In this document: positions 1 to 9,942 of the stretch, piece after piece
How positions within the stretch are numbered: the stretch's first letter is position 1
How the letters are laid out: each line of letters opens with the position of its first letter
Source of the DNA: Pseudomonadota bacterium
GTDB lineage: Bacteria > Campylobacterota > Campylobacteria > Campylobacterales > Sulfurimonadaceae
DNA length: 64,000 nucleotides
Direction: 5' to 3'
Assembly (NCBI GenBank): GCA_043797085.1
Contig: JAZDQA010000006.1
Location: 1 to 64,000, forward strand
Position numbers and translations under genes: made by a program
The notes under the pieces: model-generated
What the model saw: only the letters and a program-made list of their open reading frames with translations
The model's database searches: none
What the model was told of the DNA's origin: nothing

Positions 1-163
1 CTTCACTCTTTCCCTCAAGGGAGTAAACGCTGTAGCTATCGGGGGCGATAATAGACGTGGCTGGTTTGTACTCGTTTAATCGTACTCGGCAGTTTATCCG
101 TCGGTTGATTAGGGGAGAAGCGCCTATTAGGGTGCTTAGGAAAGAAGCGGAAATTGGTGTCAT
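1..163 (-). CDS. 5' part of a gene running off the window edge, probably T6SS spike protein VgrG (TssI)
   Basis: Manual translation from ATG at 163 gives an open frame MTPISASFLSTLIGASPLINRRINCRVRLNEYKPATSIIAPDSYSVYSLEGKSE to the window end. SVYSLEGKSE resembles the VgrG N-terminal V-x-x-x-x-G-x-E segment. It lies directly downstream of hcp and no other vgrG is in the cluster. Confidence 0.55.
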   Translation of the reverse strand, partial: MTPISASFLSTLIGASPLINRRINCRVRLNEYKPATSIIAPDSYSVYSLEGKSE

Positions 164-201
164 TTAATACTATCCATCAACGTTAATCCTCTAAAAACTT
201 T

Positions 202-207
202 ATTATA
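202..207 (-). promoter_or_regulatory. Putative sigma70 -10 box (TATAAT) for the vgrG-like gene
   Basis: Minus-strand TATAAT about 40 nt upstream of ATG 163 in an AT-rich spacer. Confidence 0.35.
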
Positions 208-270
208 AAAATTAATATTTTCCATGGAGTATTAAACTTTATACTAAATTTTGGTGTGATTTTTCAATGT

Positions 271-288
271 GCAGAGCCGAAGCTCTAC
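271..288 (-). terminator. Hairpin with cUUCGg tetraloop just after the hcp stop
   Basis: Minus strand GTAGAGC-TTCG-GCTCTGC. The U-tract is weak, so it may be a stabilising stem rather than a terminator. Confidence 0.55.
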
Positions 289-294
289 CTAAGA

Positions 295-819
295 TTAAGC
301 ACTTTTACCAACGCCGATACGCCAGTCATCTTCACCAGATGTACTTGCAGTCTCATGTCTCCATGTGATTTTACGATATGCGAATGCTACATTTTCAAGT
401 GGTGCAACATCTGAAACAGACATACCTACTTCAGAATTCATTGACGTTTCAATGTTAACGATCACAGCATCTTCAAGAGCGATTGTAAAATAGTGCTCCG
501 GTTTACCTGCGTAACTTGTACGATAAAACTTAAGATCAACATTGGTTAATGTTTCACCTTTGGTCAATGCATTGTAAATCAACGGTGAACTTTTGTCAAA
601 AAGTTTTGTGACCACTAATGGTTGATGTGATCGTTGCCCTGATGGTTGACCAGAACTTGGATCACGAGGAACTTTAATACTATGTGTTAACGCTTTTACC
701 AACGTCTCATTTTCATGACCTTCTTGATACGTGTTGCCGACAGACTCAGGGGTAAATGCCCCTTCTGTTATCAGACCTTGTGTAGTTCCCTTGATAGAGA
801 TAAACACTGGATTGTTCAT
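295..819 (-). CDS. hcp: T6SS tube protein Hcp (TssD)
   Basis: PRDPSSGQPSGQRSHQPLVVTKLFDKSSP and YRKITWRH motifs of Vibrio/Pseudomonas HcpA-type Hcp. Start set at ATG 819 (AGGAG RBS) instead of the ORF-track start at 849. Confidence 0.96.
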   Translation of the reverse strand: MNNPVFISIKGTTQGLITEGAFTPESVGNTYQEGHENETLVKALTHSIKVPRDPSSGQPSGQRSHQPLVVTKLFDKSSPLIYNALTKGETLTNVDLKFYRTSYAGKPEHYFTIALEDAVIVNIETSMNSEVGMSVSDVAPLENVAFAYRKITWRHETASTSGEDDWRIGVGKSA

Positions 820-852
820 TTGTGCTCCTAATTTAATATAAAGTAACATAGT

Positions 853-861
853 ATTATAGCA
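853..861 (-). promoter_or_regulatory. Extended -10 promoter (TGCTATAAT) for hcp
   Basis: Minus-strand TGnTATAAT about 35 nt upstream of the hcp ATG. Confidence 0.6.
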
Positions 862-899
862 TGATTAAATTAATTATAACTAAAGTAATTATCTATTTA

Positions 900-1781
900 T
901 TAAATATATTTTTTAATATTTAAATATAATGGATATTTTCCGCTACGTTTAAGAGGATCTGTAGATAATGCTCTCCTAAACCAATACCGTAAAGCAAATG
1001 GCAGATATCTAAGATCTCGTAAAGTAACCGGCTGGTCATTCAATTCAGTCGAATGTTCTTTATAAGGAAGGCATCCGCTGTAAAGTTCAAAACAAATAAC
1101 TGCCATAGAAAACAAGTCACTTGCATAATTTGGTATTCCTCCTTGGATTACTTCAGGGGCTGAATATCGAGGATTATATGCCTTTATGTTTTTATAGTCG
1201 AGTTCAAAAAGTTGTTTTTGACTTTGATTTATGGATATTCCAAAATCAAAAATTCTTGTTGACCCATCATCCAAGTACATAATATTCGTTGGATTAATAT
1301 CCGCATGAACGATTTGCTTTGAATGAAGATACTCAACAGTTTGAAAAAGTGTATATAAAAGCTTCCATTTCATGGATGTATCCATCTCTGAGAATGGGAT
1401 TTCGTTTAATAACCGTCCCTGCAACTGTTCTAGAATGATGTAAGGAATATTAAATTCCGCATCAATCCCAAAATCAATTACCTTTATAATATTAGGATGC
1501 GATAAACGAGAAAGATGAGAATATTCTGCATACATAAAAGCATCTATATCACTTTTAGCAGATAGATGCTCCGATGGAAGTTTTACAGCTAATTGCCTAT
1601 TATCATTATAGTATTCTGAATAATCATCTCTTGCATCGTATATAGCACATAATCCACCTCTTCCAAGAAGTTTACCCACGACATATCGGTTATTCAAACG
1701 TTTTATACTATCATTACTTTTTGTCTGAATAAAGTTACTTTCAGGAATTAAATCGCATATATTTAGGTGTTGGTTTGACAT
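900..1781 (-). CDS. T6SS-associated Ser/Thr protein kinase (Stk1/PpkA-like), kinase domain only
   Basis: GRGG Gly loop, LAVK, HADINPTN catalytic loop, DFG, YSAPE, SDLFS; no TM or periplasmic part; adjacent to a PP2C gene. Confidence 0.9.
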   Translation of the reverse strand: MSNQHLNICDLIPESNFIQTKSNDSIKRLNNRYVVGKLLGRGGLCAIYDARDDYSEYYNDNRQLAVKLPSEHLSAKSDIDAFMYAEYSHLSRLSHPNIIKVIDFGIDAEFNIPYIILEQLQGRLLNEIPFSEMDTSMKWKLLYTLFQTVEYLHSKQIVHADINPTNIMYLDDGSTRIFDFGISINQSQKQLFELDYKNIKAYNPRYSAPEVIQGGIPNYASDLFSMAVICFELYSGCLPYKEHSTELNDQPVTLRDLRYLPFALRYWFRRALSTDPLKRSGKYPLYLNIKKYI

Positions 1782-1789
1782 CTATCCCC

Positions 1790-2476
1790 CTATATTTCAA
1801 TAATAATAGCGGTCAAATTATCGTCCGCTTCTTTTGAAAGGACAGAAGAGATTAAAATATCCAGCCCGACTTGTAAAGAGAGGCAACTTAACGACTCTTG
1901 TATAAATTTAGAGGTAACGTTATCATATAATCCATCTGAACATAATAAAAAAATATCCCGTTTTTGGACCCGAAATTTTTTGACTTCTACTGATAATTCC
2001 CCTGGAGCTGAGAGGGCATTGGTCAATACTTTACGCATCCCATTTTTGGTTTGAATTTCTCTGGCATGATCCAATGTAACGAATGAGAGATGATCATCTC
2101 GTAAAAGATAACATCGACTGTCTCCAGCATGGATCGTAACGGCTTTTTCACCTTCAATAAACAATAATACAATTGTTGTCCCTACGACAGCATTTGCTCC
2201 TAACGTTTGAACTTTCTTTTTTAATATCAAATGGATATTGTATATTTGAGAAATGATTGCTTCGATTTTTTCCTCAAAACTTCCTGACATTTTCATTTTT
2301 TCAAAAATATCAGTGACAAGATGACTTGCAAAGTTTCCCTCTTGATGCCCTCCCATCCCATCACATACGATCCACAACCTCTGTTTATCATTAATATAAT
2401 AGGAATCTTCATTATTTTTACGTACATGCCCAGGATGGGTTACAGAATAACTCTTACTCAAGCTAGATATGTCCAC
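1790..2476 (-). CDS. PP2C/PPM-family Ser/Thr phosphatase (Stp1/PppA-like)
   Basis: GHVRKNNED, CDGMGGH, HAGDSR, LCSDGL and DDNLT motifs. Confidence 0.93.
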   Translation of the reverse strand: MDISSLSKSYSVTHPGHVRKNNEDSYYINDKQRLWIVCDGMGGHQEGNFASHLVTDIFEKMKMSGSFEEKIEAIISQIYNIHLILKKKVQTLGANAVVGTTIVLLFIEGEKAVTIHAGDSRCYLLRDDHLSFVTLDHAREIQTKNGMRKVLTNALSAPGELSVEVKKFRVQKRDIFLLCSDGLYDNVTSKFIQESLSCLSLQVGLDILISSVLSKEADDNLTAIIIEI

Positions 2477-5400
2477 TCAATTTAAATTTACGTAAAGAAC
2501 TATTGGGATCAAATGCTTTTGCCGATGTTCCACTTAGAACAAATGAACCCTTGTAATCTTTGTTGGTGTATTCAATGCTAACATCTTCTGCACCATTTGG
2601 TAGTGATTTCATGCGATCAAACAATTTAAAGAGCGCCCATGTACCTTGTGCATTGAGTGAAGCTACGTTAGTGTTTTCTAAGTTTATCAGTTGAAATTTC
2701 GTATCGGTATTTCCACTCTCAGATGGCCAAACTATTTTTCGAGATTTGATCGGTCCATGCTCATAAATAATACTATTATCATCATATTGCAATACCATCG
2801 TCTCCAAATTTCTGCTCAAAGTATTGGGGCGAATAAAAAGGGTCGTATTTGCACTATCCCCTCGACCGTTAAATAAGCGTTTTCGAATTTCTCTCGCCTG
2901 ATACAGTGATTCCATCAATTGTGGAGTAATAGGAACTGTAGCACCGTCAATACGTTTAAGCTGATAGCCTCGACCTGAAGGATTTATCGTTACAAAAGGA
3001 GAAATATATTCATTTTGAAATTGATCGAGTATCCCTCCCGTTCTGAAAAATTCCTCAAAATCACTCAACGCAACATCATTGACAGCATTTGTTTTGAACG
3101 GGTACTTATTGGCCAATTTGTCACGATAAAATGGATATACCTGTGATAAAAATTGTTCCTTAATATGTTGTTTTCCCTGAGAAATCATTTTCCCGATACC
3201 GTTTCCGGTTGATCTAGGAAGCCAGCGACTAACCGGAGAGGGTAGCGGGCTAACTTCCATCGTCATGCCCCCCTGCTTCGCACGTCCTACAAGTGCATCA
3301 AAAGTATCTGAAGGAGATCCTGACCCCTCAGAAGGAGCATTTTGTGCTGAAGCATTATCAAATCGGGTCATTTCAGCCTGTAAAGTTGATCCCGCGATTC
3401 CCTCATCGCTCAGCAACTGGTTATAAGGCTTAAAATAGTCTCTGAGTATTTTTGGAGTGTTCTCGGATAAAACATGTACATTTCCACTAACATCTTTACC
3501 AGACGCAACCGAAAGTTTTGCAGAGGCTTTTTTCTCTATTAATTCTGTTATCGAATAAATATCCGTGTTGCGCTTAAGCGCTTTAAGTACAGCAATAATT
3601 GGCGAATCTTGTGAAGCAAGTACTTTAATCTGTTCCGGTGTCAAATTTGAATGAAGATATAGCGTGTTTAATCCCTCTATCCATATCTTTTTATAATCGG
3701 CGAAATAGTAATTTTGAATTTTGCCATAAACGATATCCAATTCACTGTCTTTTAGTTCAGTTGAATACCCAAGTACCCAATTCGAACGGATAATCTCTTT
3801 CAAAAGTGTTTTAGCATCGAGAGTAAAGACTTTGTCGTATCCATTTTTCGTATAAAAACCGGGTATTATATAATTCGTCCCAGAAAAGAGCAGTGTATTC
3901 GTACCAATCACAGTAGAAAATTGAACATCTTTGAGATTCATTTCCTGAACTTTATCTTTTAACTGCTTGTACAGCAATGCTTCTTGTCCATAGCCTGCTA
4001 ATTTAGCTCTGGCAATTTGCACCGTATTCTGATTCAGATTATACGGTTTAAATCCATGCGCTAAAAGTCGTTGCCAGTGTCCTTCGAGATTTTTTTGAAG
4101 CGTAAGATTTTCCGGATACTGATGAGCCCATGTTTTTTGCATCCATTGCAGCATAAATCGCTTATCCCGCTTCTCTTGATTGTTAAGCATGAGATACGCT
4201 TTTGTGTTTTCCCATGTATCATCATAATTATTTAGATTCGCTAGGGTCTGAGATTCAAGCATCTCAGCCACTTGTGGTAAAAATAGTTTTTCCAGTGAGC
4301 TGTAATAGAGACTATCAAGCTTTTGTTGACGTTCTTTCACAGTGTAAAAAGACAATCTCCAAAAATATTGTGATCTTTGCGAATCATCCAATAACTTAAG
4401 TTCGTACCCTTTATTTAATTGATTTAAATTATCTTCAAAATCATTACTATTCACACTCTTTTTTTGTATGTATTGATATTCTTTTAGCCCTTTTTTGAGT
4501 TCTTTAAGTGTATCTAAATGCCTACTATAATCCCAGATCCAAAGGGAAGAGACAACTATAATGATAAGTGCTGCTGCAGCAAGACCGATTCTCTCTCGTA
4601 TTTTTTCTTTAATCCGATGTCCCATATCCATTTTTATTACATAAGCTTCAGGAAAAATAATTTCTTGTAAAACTTTGCGGATAAATAACCCCTTACTTAC
4701 CATCGCAGTCCCAAGAGAATGCTCTTTAGAGGAGGTAACAGTTTTATTATGACTTGGAACACTGGTAAAATAAATACCTCGTAGCATTAACGGAGCACGG
4801 TAGCGTGTTTGTGCAAATCCTATATCAATAAATGTTTTGAGTTTCTCAAATAAAAGGCTAAATTCATCGCCAAAAAGCAAAATTTTTGACCGTGCACTGT
4901 TATCCCATTCGTGGTGTATTCGATCCAAAATCGAAGCATCAAGACGTTTAATCATCGCGTCAAATTCACGTTGAGCACTTTTACTGTCAATGTTTTGGGA
5001 ATCATCAAACGTCATACCTAAAACTTCATCTTTTTCATTATCACTCAACGTACTGAAATACTCCGTGAATCCTGGAATTTTATCCGTTTTTGTCACCAGT
5101 AAATAAATGGGTATAGTAGACGTAAATGCTTCAGAAAGTTCATCAAAACGATCGCGCAGACCTTTCGCATAAAGTTCTAATTCAATATCACTTTTTTCCA
5201 TCAATGTTTCGACACTGAGAGTTAAAATTACCCCATTAATCGGACGTTTCCATCGCTTCTTTTTAAAGAGCTTTAAAAATCCGTGCCAAACTCCTGCATC
5301 GATAGAGCCTTCTTCTTGTTTGATAAATTTCCCCGGAATATCAACAAAAATAGCATGTTCGGCAAAGTACCACTGAAATGACGGCTCAGCAGCGATAGAA

Positions 5401-5885
5401 AAATCTGGCTGATTTTTGTAGTTAATATTGAGAGGAAAATCAAGACCTGAAGATTCAAGAAGAGTCGTTTTTCCCTCTTTCTCTTGACCAAGAATCAAAT
5501 ACCAAGGAAGTTCATATTTGGCGTCACGCTGTCCTTTGTAAACACTGGAATTTTTGATAATTTTGGTCGCTTCAATAAAACGGGATTTTAGCTCTTTTAC
5601 TTTTTCGGCAACAAAATCGGTATTTATATTCTCTTTTGCACGCTGTGCTTTTGTCGCTTTTAACTTGGCTTGGGTATCCTCTTTTGCATAGAGCTTAAAC
5701 ACTAAAATGGCCATTAATGTACCAAAAAATATTGAAAATCCGATCAATAAGCGTAAGCTTAATGATGCAAAAGAATCAAACATATTATCGCCGAATGCAA
5801 TAACTACAATCGACAAAATAAGGGCAATTACTATAATCCAAAATAGTGTGCTTTGAAATAGTTCTCTTTTATTAATTTTTAACAT
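2463..5885 (-). CDS. tssM: T6SS membrane complex subunit TssM (IcmF)
   Basis: Three hydrophobic TM segments, LPWYLILG-x4-GKTT Walker A, RPINGV, LRGIYFTS, IPGFYT, GTWALFKLFD; 1140 aa. Confidence 0.96.
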   Translation of the reverse strand: MLKINKRELFQSTLFWIIVIALILSIVVIAFGDNMFDSFASLSLRLLIGFSIFFGTLMAILVFKLYAKEDTQAKLKATKAQRAKENINTDFVAEKVKELKSRFIEATKIIKNSSVYKGQRDAKYELPWYLILGQEKEGKTTLLESSGLDFPLNINYKNQPDFSIAAEPSFQWYFAEHAIFVDIPGKFIKQEEGSIDAGVWHGFLKLFKKKRWKRPINGVILTLSVETLMEKSDIELELYAKGLRDRFDELSEAFTSTIPIYLLVTKTDKIPGFTEYFSTLSDNEKDEVLGMTFDDSQNIDSKSAQREFDAMIKRLDASILDRIHHEWDNSARSKILLFGDEFSLLFEKLKTFIDIGFAQTRYRAPLMLRGIYFTSVPSHNKTVTSSKEHSLGTAMVSKGLFIRKVLQEIIFPEAYVIKMDMGHRIKEKIRERIGLAAAALIIIVVSSLWIWDYSRHLDTLKELKKGLKEYQYIQKKSVNSNDFEDNLNQLNKGYELKLLDDSQRSQYFWRLSFYTVKERQQKLDSLYYSSLEKLFLPQVAEMLESQTLANLNNYDDTWENTKAYLMLNNQEKRDKRFMLQWMQKTWAHQYPENLTLQKNLEGHWQRLLAHGFKPYNLNQNTVQIARAKLAGYGQEALLYKQLKDKVQEMNLKDVQFSTVIGTNTLLFSGTNYIIPGFYTKNGYDKVFTLDAKTLLKEIIRSNWVLGYSTELKDSELDIVYGKIQNYYFADYKKIWIEGLNTLYLHSNLTPEQIKVLASQDSPIIAVLKALKRNTDIYSITELIEKKASAKLSVASGKDVSGNVHVLSENTPKILRDYFKPYNQLLSDEGIAGSTLQAEMTRFDNASAQNAPSEGSGSPSDTFDALVGRAKQGGMTMEVSPLPSPVSRWLPRSTGNGIGKMISQGKQHIKEQFLSQVYPFYRDKLANKYPFKTNAVNDVALSDFEEFFRTGGILDQFQNEYISPFVTINPSGRGYQLKRIDGATVPITPQLMESLYQAREIRKRLFNGRGDSANTTLFIRPNTLSRNLETMVLQYDDNSIIYEHGPIKSRKIVWPSESGNTDTKFQLINLENTNVASLNAQGTWALFKLFDRMKSLPNGAEDVSIEYTNKDYKGSFVLSGTSAKAFDPNSSLRKFKLSGHI

Positions 5886-6741
5886 TCAAATCCTTTTCAG
5901 AGCTATGCTCCATATAAGGGAACAAACTCTTTTCTTGAGTATTCAATGAAATACTCAGACTCACATAAACAATACTTACTATTGCTATAACACCAATAAT
6001 CAATGCCATATAGGAAGCTTTCTGAACATAATGATGCTTTTGAGATGATACTTTTGGTTCAGTGTAAAACGTTTGACTTTGACGCCCATGAACGGTTTTG
6101 ATTTGTTTATACAAATTCTCGCGTATAGCATCTAATTCCATTTTTCCACGTGTTTGAATACGGTATTTACCCTCAAATCCCAGTGATATACAGACATACA
6201 TAAATTCAAGAAGATGTATGTTATTGGCAGGTGATGCAAGTAATTTTGTCAATAGCTGAAAAAATTTCTCCCCTCCATACGTTTCACGATAAAAGTGTCC
6301 CAAAAGACTGTCTCTCGCCCAATCATTATTTTTACCCCAATGAGTAGTACAAATTAGCTCATCTAAAAAGGTACATAACAAATACCGCGCAACTAATACT
6401 TGTGAATTCTCAATATTTTGTTTTGCAGAATTTTGGGTAAATGCTTCAATCTCTTCAATTAGCAGAGCGTGAGCATTCCCTACATCTCCCAAATCATAGG
6501 TGTGTAACAATTTATCAATGTGTATAAAAATCGGCTTAGACAATGAAATAAAGGGATTCATCCCATCAATCATACTAGATTCATACTCTTGAAAAAAAGC
6601 TTTGTAATGTTGCTGAGACATAGATTGTTTAGCTTTAGCCATACCGCCAATATCTCGATTACTTGATGAAAACCCAGTCAAAGTATCTTCTACTTCGGAT
6701 GAAGGCAATAATACGGTTCTATTATCAGTCATTATAGTCAT
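5872..6741 (-). CDS. tssL: T6SS TssL (DotU), without OmpA domain
   Basis: ARYLLCTFLDE, ETYGGEKFF, CISLGFEGKY, C-terminal TM helix. Confidence 0.95.
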   Translation of the reverse strand: MTIMTDNRTVLLPSSEVEDTLTGFSSSNRDIGGMAKAKQSMSQQHYKAFFQEYESSMIDGMNPFISLSKPIFIHIDKLLHTYDLGDVGNAHALLIEEIEAFTQNSAKQNIENSQVLVARYLLCTFLDELICTTHWGKNNDWARDSLLGHFYRETYGGEKFFQLLTKLLASPANNIHLLEFMYVCISLGFEGKYRIQTRGKMELDAIRENLYKQIKTVHGRQSQTFYTEPKVSSQKHHYVQKASYMALIIGVIAIVSIVYVSLSISLNTQEKSLFPYMEHSSEKDLNVKN

Positions 6742-6747
6742 ACCCTC

Positions 6748-8082
6748 TTATTCTTTATTACTGCGTATTGCCCATAAGTCATACTCAATACCTTCAACTT
6801 CACCAGCTAAATAAAAAGCCATTCCACCCGAACTTTGAAGAGTGCGTTTGTCTTCAGACGAAAGTTCAATTTTGAAATATATATGATTTACACGGTAGGG
6901 GATCTGTCGAGGAGCTGCAGGAAGCGGTTTGATTTTAAATCCGGCAAGATGATAGTTAACCAAATCTCGAATAGTCTCAATGGTTCCCACTTTGAGATTG
7001 TCAAGAAGAAGTTTTTTTAATTTTTCCGCTGCCATGTCTGCCGTCACTGCCAAAACAAATGAACCGGATTCAATAAGTGTTTTATCATCAAGTTTGGCTA
7101 CGTAGATACCGTATTTGCGCTGTTCAATAATCAATTTGAAGCTGTTTTGTTCCAGAACCATACTGAGCATTGTTTTAAGCTCGTTTAATAATATAAGAAA
7201 ACTCTCTTTTTGTTTTTTATGGTCATATAAATATTCCTTTTCTAAACGTCTCTCTTTTTTCATAAAAACCGCCAACTCTGCAGCTAATGAATTGAGTTCC
7301 AAAAAGAGAACATCTGGATGAATTTTTTCTTGTGAAAGGTAAAAATAAAAACGACTATGAAATCGATTTAAGAGCTGCAGTAACAAATAATCACCCAGTT
7401 CAGCTACTTGAATCGTCACATCACTCAATTTTTCCGCCAGCTTTACCATGCGGAAGTTTAATACGCTCATCAATTCTTTAAGTTGCGCCAGTAAATAATG
7501 GCAATGATGAAGATGCAAATAGGTAGGAATAAAATTTTCATCAAAGGATACCGACCCACTAGCAGATACAGCACCAATACGAGCAATGGCGATTACACTA
7601 TATCCCTCATTAAGCTCATCATCGCGTAAAAGACGAAAATTAGGTTGCGCCAAGAGCAATTCTGTATTAGAGTTCTCTCCGACATTGGTATTAGGTACTT
7701 CACGCTCTCGACGAGCAACCATGCGCGTCGCTTTTACTTCATCTTCATCAAAAGAGAGATCATCGATATACTGCATACATAATGGCAACGAGAGATAAAT
7801 CATTTTGCCGGAGTCTTTTGTTCCAATGTCAAGAATCAGCTCATGTGCTTTTATGGTTATATTAAATAATGTACCATCAGGCATAATGCCATATGCCCGA
7901 TTTAAAACAAGCTTTCCAGAATTTAAAAACTGGGTGTCAATATCCAAATCAAACAAACCCCATTGGTTTGAACCGGATTCAATGGTTCGTGTCCGTAATT
8001 CATAATCATAGTGGCGATCATTTTGTTGAAAATGTTGCGGACGAATAAAAAGGCCTTCTCTCCATACTACGTTATTTATCAT
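6748..8082 (-). CDS. tssK: T6SS baseplate TssK
   Basis: VVWREGLFIRPQHFQQ, GIMPDGTLF, LPAAPRQIPY, LWAIR. Confidence 0.96.
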   Translation of the reverse strand: MINNVVWREGLFIRPQHFQQNDRHYDYELRTRTIESGSNQWGLFDLDIDTQFLNSGKLVLNRAYGIMPDGTLFNITIKAHELILDIGTKDSGKMIYLSLPLCMQYIDDLSFDEDEVKATRMVARREREVPNTNVGENSNTELLLAQPNFRLLRDDELNEGYSVIAIARIGAVSASGSVSFDENFIPTYLHLHHCHYLLAQLKELMSVLNFRMVKLAEKLSDVTIQVAELGDYLLLQLLNRFHSRFYFYLSQEKIHPDVLFLELNSLAAELAVFMKKERRLEKEYLYDHKKQKESFLILLNELKTMLSMVLEQNSFKLIIEQRKYGIYVAKLDDKTLIESGSFVLAVTADMAAEKLKKLLLDNLKVGTIETIRDLVNYHLAGFKIKPLPAAPRQIPYRVNHIYFKIELSSEDKRTLQSSGGMAFYLAGEVEGIEYDLWAIRSNKE

Positions 8083-8542
8083 TGTTTATTTCCTTTATTG
8101 CTGAGTTGTCGATAATAAGTTCCGCTTTGTTGTACCCTTTTCCAATAGGTTTTACATAGCGCCATGAAGTACTTGCATCGATATTTCTAAAACTGCCTAC
8201 AACTCCAAAATATCTAGTATTCTCATCAAAAAGAATTTTGTAATTTTGTTCCTCACTCGGAATAATGATCTGTTTGGACTGAGAGATCAAAGAATTTTCC
8301 AACCGTTTTTTTGCTTCATCGCTCAATCCCCAAAAATCGATTTTGGAAAATTGTTCTGCATCTTTCAACTCATAAAAATGAAGAACTAAAGGTGAAGCCA
8401 TATTATTTTTATTCGGGTTTAAATTTTTGCCGGATTTAATCACCAGTTCTAAATGCCTAGGTTTATCAGCACAGTTGCTAAGTGTGAGAGCAAGGATAAT
8501 AAACAACATTGTTTGAAAGAATGTTTTTTGGTATGTTTTCAT
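8072..8542 (-). CDS. tssJ: T6SS outer-membrane lipoprotein TssJ
   Basis: Lipobox LSNC, LNP...SPLVLHFYELK, GVVGSFRN, WR motifs; upstream of tssK. Confidence 0.92.
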   Translation of the reverse strand: MKTYQKTFFQTMLFIILALTLSNCADKPRHLELVIKSGKNLNPNKNNMASPLVLHFYELKDAEQFSKIDFWGLSDEAKKRLENSLISQSKQIIIPSEEQNYKILFDENTRYFGVVGSFRNIDASTSWRYVKPIGKGYNKAELIIDNSAIKEINNDK

Positions 8543-8554
8543 TGTATTTCCTTT

Positions 8555-9805
8555 TTAACGTTTATGGTGCATATCAGAAAAAGCAAGCCCTACTGAAAAA
8601 GCTAATTTTTCATACTCTTTTGTAAAATGTTGCGATAGCATTTCAATGCCAGAATCAGGATCATCATTCAAGTTTTCAAACATCTTGGTATAGGCTTTCC
8701 ACATCAAGCAACTACGAGGTATTGGTCCGCGTAATGCACCGATAGCATCAAACTTGTGTTCCAAACTTTTGGGAGAAAACTGTATTAGTGTCATACCCAT
8801 AAGATTTTTAGAAGCACCATGAAGTGCAATCGTATGTGCATCAATTTGTGAGAATGATCGAGTGACTGCCGTGGAAAGATTCATAAATCCTGAACGCCCC
8901 TCCATCCGCTCATCTTGAAGCAATTTCAAAGCAGAATTACCCAATTTGATTGGATTGTTCTCATTGGCATCCGTTTGGACATGCAAATCTTGTTTAGTTT
9001 TATCTTGTATGTAAAGCGAATTTCTTAATCCGTCCAAACTGTTGATAAGGAGATCAGCGATTTCACTCATTAGCAAATCGCGCTCTTTTTTCTCCAGTGC
9101 GATAATTTCCAATCCGAGCTTTTCTTCCAAAATTCGGACAGAATCACTCAATTGCTGATCATGTGCCGAAATATAAGATTTTTTCTTTGCTTCAGTTGGT
9201 GCGAACGTAGGAACATTAACGTGTTGATCGTACAACTCTCGTCGTACTTCAGGAGGCTCATGAAACTCATCATCATTCATATCTAACAAAGATGAAGCCA
9301 TTTTGCTGTTATCCAGTAAATCTAAAACATCTTCCTTCGTCTCCAACTCTTCTTCAGATATCATACCAAGTGTATCCCGGACATCTTCATATAAAAAGTC
9401 ATCATCCGGTATTAACTCTCGAATCGCTTCTAATGGTTCAGGCTCATTAGAAAAGCTCCCGACAATAAAATCATCCGTGTATTCGTTATCACTAAAACGT
9501 GCTTGTAACTCATGATCTCCAATAATATACACATCGGATGCATTAATCTGATGCGGGATACCTTTAGACAGTTTTTTGTACGGATGCTTTAAAAACGTGC
9601 CATTTGTGCTCTCATCACGAAGATAATATTGCTCATATTTATATTCTATGTAAACATGTTTTCCTGAAATATAATTATCAAAATCGCTCAATTGATAATC
9701 AGCTTCGCTGCTTCGCCCGATGACGCCGTTACATTGATCAAATTTCATATTTTTATATGCTGGACGACTCTTCCCGCTTTTTGCAATATCAAAAATAAGC
9801 TGCAT
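8555..9805 (-). CDS. tagH: T6SS FHA-domain protein TagH/Fha
   Basis: N-terminal FHA (IGR, ISGKH, STNGT), acidic linker, C-terminal ENNPIK and FTKEYE motifs. ATG 9805 preferred over GTG 9814. Confidence 0.92.
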   Translation of the reverse strand: MQLIFDIAKSGKSRPAYKNMKFDQCNGVIGRSSEADYQLSDFDNYISGKHVYIEYKYEQYYLRDESTNGTFLKHPYKKLSKGIPHQINASDVYIIGDHELQARFSDNEYTDDFIVGSFSNEPEPLEAIRELIPDDDFLYEDVRDTLGMISEEELETKEDVLDLLDNSKMASSLLDMNDDEFHEPPEVRRELYDQHVNVPTFAPTEAKKKSYISAHDQQLSDSVRILEEKLGLEIIALEKKERDLLMSEIADLLINSLDGLRNSLYIQDKTKQDLHVQTDANENNPIKLGNSALKLLQDERMEGRSGFMNLSTAVTRSFSQIDAHTIALHGASKNLMGMTLIQFSPKSLEHKFDAIGALRGPIPRSCLMWKAYTKMFENLNDDPDSGIEMLSQHFTKEYEKLAFSVGLAFSDMHHKR

Positions 9806-9806
9806 C

Positions 9807-9941
9807 TTACTCACCTGCTTTAATCGATTTTTTTTCTGGTTTTACTTGAGTCATGGGTTTATACTCTTCCGTCTTGCCAAAACATCCGGTAAAAATAATC
9901 CCGATAAACAGTGCCATCATTAACGTCATTAATATCTTCAT
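9807..9941 (-). CDS. Small 44-aa lipoprotein, positional equivalent of H2-T6SS OrfX (not in ORF track)
   Basis: Manual translation MKILMTLMMALFIGIIFTGCFGKTEEYKPMTQVKPEKKSIKAGE*. Lipobox FTGC, AGGAG RBS inside the clpV 3' end, and it exactly fills the clpV-tagH gap. Confidence 0.8.
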   Translation of the reverse strand: MKILMTLMMALFIGIIFTGCFGKTEEYKPMTQVKPEKKSIKAGE

Positions 9942-9942
9942 T

